DNA of 64,000 nucleotides from Gammaproteobacteria bacterium (GTDB taxonomy: Bacteria > Pseudomonadota > Gammaproteobacteria > Arenicellales > JAJDZL01). This document shows positions 57,034 through 64,000 of this stretch, piece after piece. The notes under the pieces are model-generated. The model was given only the letters and a program-made list of their open reading frames with translations, made no database searches and had not been told where the DNA came from. The stretch is from the NCBI GenBank assembly GCA_047517965.1, contig JAKZRU010000017.1, positions 15,122 through 79,121 of the forward strand, written 5' to 3'. The translations under genes were made by a program, and so were the position numbers. The stretch's first letter is position 1. Each line of letters starts with the position of its first letter.

Positions 57034-57798
57034 TTATGAATGCTTGCAGATTGCGGCTCCCACAATCGGCCCTGCAACACTTTGACGAGTCGAGTCATAT
57101 CTCTGCACGATGACCGCACAATTCTGGTTTTCGTCTAAGGATTTTAACGTTGTAGTGATAGCCACTGGGTCACCTTTCCATTTGCCTACAAATTCAAATT
57201 CTCTGACAACGTTGTAGTTCGTAAGGGTTTTTCCCTTGTTCTCACCAGTGTCGATTACCGTGACATTCTTTTTGTCATAGGTAATTAGCCATACATCCGC
57301 TTTGGAATGGTATTGCCCGTCGATGTTGATCGTAATGTTGCCGTCACTCGATATTTCGGCAGATGTTTCAAGTATCAAACTTGAATCTTTATCCAGTTGT
57401 TTCTTGGCCTGCTCTGCCTTACTTCCCACGAAAGCGTAATTTCCATTGACGACCATTTGCGGTGTGTAGACACCAGTTCGCCCTTTCAGTGACAATCGGT
57501 TGTAATCGCGTTGGCGTTGACTGTAGGCGGGCGAAGAGAACGGATCCTTCCACTTTCCAGCCGATCCATAGACTAGGGAGTCCCAGTAATCAACGTGAAA
57601 CTCAAGCCCTAAAACTTCCTCATTGTTTTCAACCAACATGCCTAACAACTTATCTGCAGGAGGACAAGAATAGCAACCTTGAGATGTAAAATGTTCAACT
57701 ACGTACTTTGTCTTAGCATCAGCGAATACTCCGGTCGAGACCATTAATGCGACACCTGTGACGACAAATGCCTGGCAGATTCGAATCCGAATAGACAT
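57034..57798 (-). CDS. DUF1223 thioredoxin-fold secreted protein
   Basis: 254 aa with a signal peptide and the motif FTSQGCYSCPPAD typical of DUF1223. Confidence 0.7.
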   Translation of the reverse strand: MSIRIRICQAFVVTGVALMVSTGVFADAKTKYVVEHFTSQGCYSCPPADKLLGMLVENNEEVLGLEFHVDYWDSLVYGSAGKWKDPFSSPAYSQRQRDYNRLSLKGRTGVYTPQMVVNGNYAFVGSKAEQAKKQLDKDSSLILETSAEISSDGNITINIDGQYHSKADVWLITYDKKNVTVIDTGENKGKTLTNYNVVREFEFVGKWKGDPVAITTTLKSLDENQNCAVIVQRYDSTRQSVAGPIVGAAICKHS

Positions 57799-57853
57799 AA
57801 TATGATTCCTTTATGTTTTAAGTATTTTACGTTTAGACAGTCTTAAATTTGTT

Positions 57854-58321
57854 TTGTTCAACATTGTACTGGTTTCACCAGAAATTCCTCCGAACACCGG
57901 CAACATCATCCGATTGTGTGCAAATACAGGATGCAACCTGCACCTTGTTGAGCCTCTTGGATTTGAATTGAGTGACGCAAAACTTCGCCGTGCTGGATTG
58001 GATTATCGGGAGTGGACAAATATTCAAGTCTACGAATCCTATTCAAGTTTTGTGGAAAGGTATGATTCGGAGCGAATCTTCATTTACTCGAAATTTCATT
58101 CTAAACTGTATACTGAATCTGACTATCATCCAGGCGATGTATTCGTTTTTGGTTCTGAAACAGCCGGATTGCCCGAAAGCATTCGGATGAGCGTCAATGC
58201 AGAACGATGTCTAAAACTGCCCATGCTCCCATACAATCGAAGTATAAATCTGTCCAATTCTGTTGCGATCGTCGTTTATGAGGCTTGGCGTCAAAATGGG
58301 TTTGTTTTTAGCAACAATTGA
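57854..58321 (+). CDS. trmL: tRNA (cytidine/uridine(34)-2'-O)-methyltransferase TrmL
   Basis: 155-aa SpoU-type protein. The N-terminus IVLVSPEIPPNTGNIIRLCANTG and the C-terminal knot region match the family. TTG start. Confidence 0.85.
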   Translation: MFNIVLVSPEIPPNTGNIIRLCANTGCNLHLVEPLGFELSDAKLRRAGLDYREWTNIQVYESYSSFVERYDSERIFIYSKFHSKLYTESDYHPGDVFVFGSETAGLPESIRMSVNAERCLKLPMLPYNRSINLSNSVAIVVYEAWRQNGFVFSNN

Positions 58322-58530
58322 TACCCGAGAAATGTGAATATTGGCATGTAGGGTGGGATGTGTGCCGGTTTCAGCCGGGTCACGTAAGTGCGGGTGATTG
58401 GGGATGGTGCTCAAACTGTGCCAGCGCACTGCCGCAAATTCGTAAAACCCCAGTAGTTTCTCCCGATCCTTCTTCAAACACCAGTCGATTGATGTTGTCT
58501 GATTCGAGTGATACCTACGAAAACTGTTGT

Positions 58531-60633
58531 CTACACACCGTCACGCGGAATTTCTTCATCCCACCTTTGAAAAAATATTTGTCTGCTGTCTTCCAGTACT
58601 TCCAGGCTTGCTTCAATGCGAAATCTTGCCGAATTTGAGGTCATTCGGCATCGAGTTAGAATGAGGGCATCCAACTTTCCCTCTCGACCATAAACGTCCT
58701 CCCCCTCAAGATCAATACGCGCACTCAACCAATCGCGTGGGTCGATTTCATATCGTCGAAGTATTTTGTTGCCATGTTTCCAGCCATGACTGTCGATTTG
58801 TGTAATGCCTTCATCTTCTTCTTGAACATAAGCAAGTTTACCGGTGACCATGTCCTCCTCCATTCGAGCCACAACCGGCTGTTGAGACCGAAGTTTCGTT
58901 CTGGATTGAATTGACGTGCATTTTGGCGAGTCAAATTCTCTCAATTTGGCATCTGTTTCACGATTCTCCCGAACCGGCAACTCAAGATGCGAAACATCCA
59001 TACCAATCTCAAGTGTTACGATCTCGGGTGATGGCCAAATCACCGGCCAAAGTCCAGTTGCTACTGCGATTCGAATGCAACTGCCGGCAGCAAATCGGTA
59101 AGCGGCATCGTTCAGTCGCACTCTCGCTTTCATGGGAACACCAACGTCGACCGTTGTAACTGTTTCATGTTCTTGGTCATGCGTCAAATTGAAGACACCG
59201 AAACTCACTTGCGTAACTTTGCCATCGACACGAACTTCTGACAAACGAACACTGATCTGAGCAACCGGCTTGTCAGATGTCACTTCGAGTTCGACTACAG
59301 GTGTACCGAGAATCGCCATGGATTCCTGCAAAGGTTGTGAATCGAAACACAGCGAAACCGCATCGTCTAATCGCTGGTCCATTGGAGATTCCGGTGCTTT
59401 CATACCGAAATGTCCCCAAGCAGGGTTTGTTCTACCTACAGTTGCAGGCGACGAGATTTGCAACTTGGATGTTTTCGCTGAAGGAGACAACATCGCAAGC
59501 TCAATTTCTTTCAACGGTACAAGTCCCTCCTGCTGAATTTGCCAGAATCTTGTTTCTATTCTCTCACTCGGCCAACAATCCTCCGAAACCCAACTGCCTG
59601 GAACCACATCTCGCATGGCATCAGGCTCATAACTGTCCTGCATCCAGACACGTACCATTGGTTCATCCTCTTGCCCGGTGTCGATACCCTTGAGCCAATG
59701 GTTCCACCATGAAAGGCTCTCCTGAAGAAATCCAATCTGAGGTCCAGGGTAAGCATGATGGGGATATTCATGCCCCCAAGGTCCAATCAAAGCTCTTCTC
59801 GGAACTGTCAAATTCTCCATCAGTCGAAGCACCGGATTGGTGTATGCATCGGCCCATCCACCCACTGCAAACACTGGGCAGACGATGGAAGAATAGTCTT
59901 CGCAGACCGAAGCGTGCTTCCAGAAGTCGTCACGCCGCTGATGCTTCAGCCATTCAATGATCCAAGGAACGTTGTTTTCAATTCGTTGTATCCACAGATC
60001 ACGCCAGCCTTCACCAAATAACAGGGGATCCGGTGGTCGAGCGTTACGTCCGAACATGTTGAATGCCCAGTTCGGATTCTCCAGAATCAGGCAGCCGCCT
60101 GCGATGTGAATGCAATCCGCATAGCGATCATCAACCGAATACACCGTAATGATTGCCTTGAGTGCCGGCGGTCTTCGGGCCGCGACTTGAAGACTGTTGT
60201 AACCGCCCCAGCTCTTACCGAACATTCCTACATTTCCACTGCACCAAAGCTGTTCGGCAATCCATGCAATCACTTCAAGTGCATCATCCTGTTCCTGTGG
60301 GAGATATTCGTCCAGCAGCAATCCTTCCGACTCGCCACTACCTCGCATATCGACACGGATCGCACAGTAGCCATGTCCAGCGAGATACGGATGCATGCTT
60401 TCATCTCTTTCTGATGTGCGATCTCGTTTGCAGTACGGGATGTATTCGAGAATCGCAGGAACCGGATTCTGTTCGGCATTTTCTGGTAACCAGTATCTGC
60501 ACGCGAGACGCGTTCCATCAGACAGTTGAATCCACGCGTGTTCAACCTCTCGAATCCTGCAGGGTAGAGATTCGTATCCCACTGATTCAGCTTGCGAATT
60601 CTGATTACTAGCCATGTTGAAAGCACGCTTCAA
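58531..60633 (-). CDS. CocE/NonD-family serine hydrolase (X-Pro dipeptidyl-peptidase S15-like)
   Basis: 700 aa. The N-terminal alpha/beta-hydrolase has the nucleophile elbow GKSWGG, and a C-terminal jelly-roll domain is typical of the family. Confidence 0.8.
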   Translation of the reverse strand: MKRAFNMASNQNSQAESVGYESLPCRIREVEHAWIQLSDGTRLACRYWLPENAEQNPVPAILEYIPYCKRDRTSERDESMHPYLAGHGYCAIRVDMRGSGESEGLLLDEYLPQEQDDALEVIAWIAEQLWCSGNVGMFGKSWGGYNSLQVAARRPPALKAIITVYSVDDRYADCIHIAGGCLILENPNWAFNMFGRNARPPDPLLFGEGWRDLWIQRIENNVPWIIEWLKHQRRDDFWKHASVCEDYSSIVCPVFAVGGWADAYTNPVLRLMENLTVPRRALIGPWGHEYPHHAYPGPQIGFLQESLSWWNHWLKGIDTGQEDEPMVRVWMQDSYEPDAMRDVVPGSWVSEDCWPSERIETRFWQIQQEGLVPLKEIELAMLSPSAKTSKLQISSPATVGRTNPAWGHFGMKAPESPMDQRLDDAVSLCFDSQPLQESMAILGTPVVELEVTSDKPVAQISVRLSEVRVDGKVTQVSFGVFNLTHDQEHETVTTVDVGVPMKARVRLNDAAYRFAAGSCIRIAVATGLWPVIWPSPEIVTLEIGMDVSHLELPVRENRETDAKLREFDSPKCTSIQSRTKLRSQQPVVARMEEDMVTGKLAYVQEEDEGITQIDSHGWKHGNKILRRYEIDPRDWLSARIDLEGEDVYGREGKLDALILTRCRMTSNSARFRIEASLEVLEDSRQIFFQRWDEEIPRDGV

Positions 60634-61495
60634 GACCTTTACGTAGATCCGAATAAGTCAATTCAACTGATAGCTCTTGAATCATACGATGATTGTCAAT
60701 TTTTCGAGATTCACGCAGATATTCAAGCATGGTGGGACTCAACTGCCCCAGACTCTGGGAATCCAAACTTTCGTTTACCGATGGCAGCCCCCAAACATCC
60801 GCGACCAGATTCATATAGTCATTCATTCGTAAGGGACAACCATCCGATACATTGAATATGCCTGATTGAACTGATGGTGAAGATGCTGCTACGCACACCG
60901 CAGCCAAATCGTCAACATGAATGCGATTGGTGTAACCATTTTTACTTGCCGGAGGCAGCGTCAAGCCTTGTTGAATTCGATTCACTGGAACTCTGCCAGG
61001 TCCGTATATTGCCGGAACCCGAAGTATCACCAATTCTACGTCGTTGCGTGTTGCCCAATCTTGTGCGAATGTCTCGGCATCATGTCGGCGTTTGGCTCGA
61101 TCCGTTTGTGGATTGACAGGTGTATCTTCCGTAACCCAGGCGCCCTCACAATTACCGTAAACACCCGTGGTACTAATCAATACCAAACGAACCGGTACAG
61201 TAGCGAGAACCTGTTCAAGAAATCGTCGAATTCGCGTGTCAATGGAGCCTTTCGAAGGCGGTGGAACAAGATAAAAAACAACTGTGTCTCGGTCCAATGA
61301 GATACAGCATGAAGAATCGTGGTCGAAGTCAATCTGAAATGACTCCACCTGCGGCAACTCAATTGTGGATTGGTTGGTAATTGCAACAGTCCTTTTCGTT
61401 TGCAAAGCTTGATCAACAATCAACCTCCGGCCGGTATATCCACAACCAGCAACAACGACGGTTTCATAAATTTGCGACAATTCGCCCGCCATCAA
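60608..61495 (-). CDS. NAD(P)-dependent epimerase/dehydratase-family (extended SDR) protein
   Basis: 295 aa with an N-terminal Rossmann sequence VVVAGCGYTGRRL. The length fits an extended SDR. Confidence 0.65.
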   Translation of the reverse strand: MMAGELSQIYETVVVAGCGYTGRRLIVDQALQTKRTVAITNQSTIELPQVESFQIDFDHDSSCCISLDRDTVVFYLVPPPSKGSIDTRIRRFLEQVLATVPVRLVLISTTGVYGNCEGAWVTEDTPVNPQTDRAKRRHDAETFAQDWATRNDVELVILRVPAIYGPGRVPVNRIQQGLTLPPASKNGYTNRIHVDDLAAVCVAASSPSVQSGIFNVSDGCPLRMNDYMNLVADVWGLPSVNESLDSQSLGQLSPTMLEYLRESRKIDNHRMIQELSVELTYSDLRKGLEACFQHG

Positions 61496-61507
61496 ATGCT
61501 AAATCGA

Positions 61508-62680
61508 TCAGTCGCGCCGTAATTTATCCGACACCGCAACCGGAGTTGGATACTGGAACACGATCAGATAAGATGACACGGCAAACGTCAAAACAGTAGC
61601 AACAAGAAGAAAATTCGCAGCGTGGTTTCCGATTATTCCCGAAGCGATTGCCAGAAACACAATGAGTATGGAAAACTCGCTTAGTTGACCCAATCGTATG
61701 CCTGCCTCCCAAGCAGTCTTCTTCGATTCGTCAAAGTAAACGAGAAGGTATCGATAGGTAATCGGCTTGACAGCAAGCACCAAACCCGCCAAAACAATCG
61801 ATGGAAGCGCTACAGCTGCGAATGCACCAGCGTCGAAGTGTGCGCCTATGGCAACGAAGAAAAGTACCATGAAGAAATCACGAATTGCATGTAGACGTTC
61901 AGCGATAAAACGGGCAATTGGTGAAGCGGCCAAAGCTACGCCAGCAATAAATGCACCGATTTCCGGCGACAATCCAAATACCCCGGCCAATTGTCCCAAA
62001 CCCAGACACCACGCAATGGTGACTAGAAAAATGTACTCGCGAATCTGCTCGAACCTATGCAGAAGCCTACGGACGATAAAGTACTCAAGGAGAAAAGTCA
62101 AACCCACAAACACAGGAAGAGTCACCACGGGCAGCAGGCTTTTTATGCTGAATTCAAGAGAATCCCCAAGTTCCTGAATGACAACCAAGGCCAATATGGC
62201 AAGCAAGTCCTGAAGCAGAAGAATCCCGATTACCAGTTCGCCGATGTGTCGGTGATGTAGAGCGGTAGTGGGCAATAGTTTGATGCCTATGATTGTGCTG
62301 GAAAAACCGGTCGCGATTCCAGTGATGACGGCCTCAATGTTTGAAAACCCGAATACCAAGGCAACAACATAACCAACGACGAAAAATACTACTGATGATG
62401 CCAGCGTAATTAGCGAAGCAGACTGAAAAATCTTGAGTAGTTTTTGTGGGTAGAGATCAATTCCTAACAGAAACAGTAGAAAAATGATACCTATTTGGGC
62501 CAGGTCTTCGACAATATGCAACTCTGGAATCAGTTTGAATCCTCCGGGCCCAATGATCGCCCCGAGAATGATATAGACTACTGGCAGTACCTGCCGGGTA
62601 TAAAGAGCCAAAGTACCCAGAACCGCCGCTCCAAAATAGATGACGAACACCGAGTACCCAATGATTTCCTTTTCAAACAT
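61508..62680 (-). CDS. Cation:proton antiporter (CPA2/Kef-type membrane domain only)
   Basis: 390 aa with about 11-12 TM segments and a Na_H_exchanger-like pattern (GAIIGPGGFKLI). No C-terminal TrkA/KTN domain. Confidence 0.75.
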   Translation of the reverse strand: MFEKEIIGYSVFVIYFGAAVLGTLALYTRQVLPVVYIILGAIIGPGGFKLIPELHIVEDLAQIGIIFLLFLLGIDLYPQKLLKIFQSASLITLASSVVFFVVGYVVALVFGFSNIEAVITGIATGFSSTIIGIKLLPTTALHHRHIGELVIGILLLQDLLAILALVVIQELGDSLEFSIKSLLPVVTLPVFVGLTFLLEYFIVRRLLHRFEQIREYIFLVTIAWCLGLGQLAGVFGLSPEIGAFIAGVALAASPIARFIAERLHAIRDFFMVLFFVAIGAHFDAGAFAAVALPSIVLAGLVLAVKPITYRYLLVYFDESKKTAWEAGIRLGQLSEFSILIVFLAIASGIIGNHAANFLLVATVLTFAVSSYLIVFQYPTPVAVSDKLRRD

Positions 62681-62815
62681 TTGGCGTCGCCTTATCTGTG
62701 AATTGAGCCACCAACAGAAAATTTTTCAATGCGCACTCGCAACTACAAGCCAGACTATATGGTAAAAGTAGTGGAGTCGGTTTGTATCTAGCGAACAAAT
62801 GAAATCAGCCAATTC

Positions 62816-63391
62816 CTAGTTTTTTTCCGTTTTCCACTTGATACTGCATCCCAAGCTCGGCTTTTGGTCAGACGAGATCGACTCTCCCGCCAACAGCGCA
62901 TCTGACGCTGCCCGCAAATCTGTACCAGAAACGGGAATGTCATTTCCAGGTCGACTGTCATCAAATTGTCCTCGATAAACCAGCTTGCGTGCTGAATCAA
63001 ACAGATAAATATCTGGAGTACAGGCAGCATCGTATGCTCTTGCCACTTCCTGAGATTCATCGTAGAGATAGGGAAATCCATAATCGTGTTGAATGGCGTC
63101 GGTGGTCATATTTTCGGGGCTATCACTGGGATATGCGGCGGCTGAATTGGCATTTATGGCTATAACTGCGATTCCTTGGTCTTTGTAATCCCGGGCATAG
63201 TCCGAAAAGGCCTGCTTGATATGTACTACGTAAGGACAGTGATTGCAGATAAACGCGACAACGTATCCTTTGGTAGAAATGTAGTCCGATAAAGCCACTT
63301 TGGCGGAGGCAAAACTCGGGTTCATATTTGGAAGTGTAAATTCAGGCGCGATTGTACCCAATTCAATCATTCTCGATTCAACAGCTGCCAT
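62816..63391 (-). CDS. Thioredoxin-fold AhpC/TSA-like protein
   Basis: 191 aa with FICNHCPYV (CxxC-type redox motif) in a peroxiredoxin-like context. Confidence 0.7.
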   Translation of the reverse strand: MAAVESRMIELGTIAPEFTLPNMNPSFASAKVALSDYISTKGYVVAFICNHCPYVVHIKQAFSDYARDYKDQGIAVIAINANSAAAYPSDSPENMTTDAIQHDYGFPYLYDESQEVARAYDAACTPDIYLFDSARKLVYRGQFDDSRPGNDIPVSGTDLRAASDALLAGESISSDQKPSLGCSIKWKTEKN

Positions 63392-63431
63392 ACTCCGTTC
63401 CTCTAAAAATTCTTTCAGACAGGTAATTCAT

Positions 63432-64000
63432 TCAAACTGCAGATTGGACAGCTGCCATGCTTGAGCTGCAAACAGGGCAATGTTCATCTTTCTGAATGCG
63501 AACTTCCTGCCACTCCACTCTGGCTGCATCGAACAATATCAGTCTGCCGTGTATTGTCTCTCCCACTCCCGCAATGATCTTCAAAACTTCAGTCGCTTGC
63601 AATGCGCCAATTGTTCCGCATAATGAACCCAGAACTCCAGTTTCGCTACAACGTTCATCCGGCTCGTCTTCCGGGCCGTAGAGGCAGCGAAAACAAGGGC
63701 TATCATCCAGGTCGGGACGATATACCGTCATCTGACCTTCCATTCGAATTGCCGCGCCCGACACCAGCGGAGTGCGGGTTTGTACACATGCTTGATTGAC
63801 TGCGAATCGAATGGCGAAATTATCCGTCGCATCGACAACCACATCAGCCCTTTCAACCTGCTCGAAAAGCTCATCCTCATTCAGTTTCCGATTGATTCCA
63901 GTCACTTGAATTTCCGGATTGAGTGCGGTAAGAGTTCGAATAGCTGATTCGACTTTGGACATGCCCACCGATTCACTCGTATGAACGATTTGACGTTGGA
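63432..64000 (-). CDS. moeB: Molybdopterin-synthase adenylyltransferase MoeB/ThiF family (5' end beyond the right window edge)
   Basis: The frame is open to position 64000. The upstream in-frame residues QRQIVHTSESVG match the MoeB NLQRQ.LH block. C-terminal Cys pairs are CFRC and CPVC. Confidence 0.8.
   Translation of the reverse strand, partial: QRQIVHTSESVGMSKVESAIRTLTALNPEIQVTGINRKLNEDELFEQVERADVVVDATDNFAIRFAVNQACVQTRTPLVSGAAIRMEGQMTVYRPDLDDSPCFRCLYGPEDEPDERCSETGVLGSLCGTIGALQATEVLKIIAGVGETIHGRLILFDAARVEWQEVRIQKDEHCPVCSSSMAAVQSAV

Noticed and set aside
58211-58477. 88-aa minus-strand ORF in the trmL/hydrolase spacer.
   Set aside because: It overlaps the trmL 3' end antisense, has no RBS that I could see and no recognisable motifs.
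1-64000. Scanned for CRISPR arrays, reverse transcriptases (retron/DGR), integrons, IS transposases and phage structural genes.
   Set aside because: None seen. The only regularly spaced repeats are the Sel1 108-bp units, which are coding. The only recombinases are the serine recombinase at 22000-22551 and the remnant at 20760-20967.

Overview
This is a 64-kb chromosomal window of about 42-47% GC (hand counts on sample lines). Its gene content looks gammaproteobacterial, possibly marine. All product calls come from reading the supplied translations for family motifs; no database search was run.

Backbone genes:
- A hipBA toxin-antitoxin pair at the left edge.
- An OYE/FAD demethylase-like pair.
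- A purine-catabolism cluster: guaD, a BMP-type nucleoside ABC importer, xdhABC, a HIU hydrolase and puuD.
- A matB-like ligase, pdxJ, galU and htpG.
- A tRNA operon (Pro, Arg, His).
- An MttB-family methyltransferase.
- coaBC-dut-grxC, rpmB-rpmG, infA, hemJ, trmL and a partial moeB.

Four things stand out:
1. The tRNA-Arg(UCU) gene is split in its anticodon loop by a 238-nt ORF-less group I intron. The pairings P1-P4 and P6-P9 and the terminal G can be read directly from the sequence.
2. A 7.4-kb segment (6889-14290) is much more GC-rich (67% on one sampled line). It carries a complete peptide-type ABC importer plus an EEP-family gene. It sits between two roughly 590-bp direct repeats, which I estimate by eye at about 93% identical. 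One repeat is part of an intact HAD hydrolase gene and the other is a frameshifted 5' copy of that gene. This fits either integration by a single homologous crossover or an assembly chimera.
3. An accessory islet of about 4.3 kb (about 20.7-25.0 kb) holds a decayed serine-recombinase fragment, an intact Hin/Gin-size serine invertase, and two secreted Sel1-repeat proteins. It also holds an inverted, decayed copy of the 3' coding end of one Sel1 gene, placed right next to the invertase. That layout resembles a DNA-inversion C-terminus-switching module or its relic.
4. A soluble paralogue of the MgtE cytoplasmic domain is translationally coupled between an MscS-like gene and a full-length mgtE.

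No CRISPR array, reverse transcriptase or recognisable multi-gene defence system was seen.
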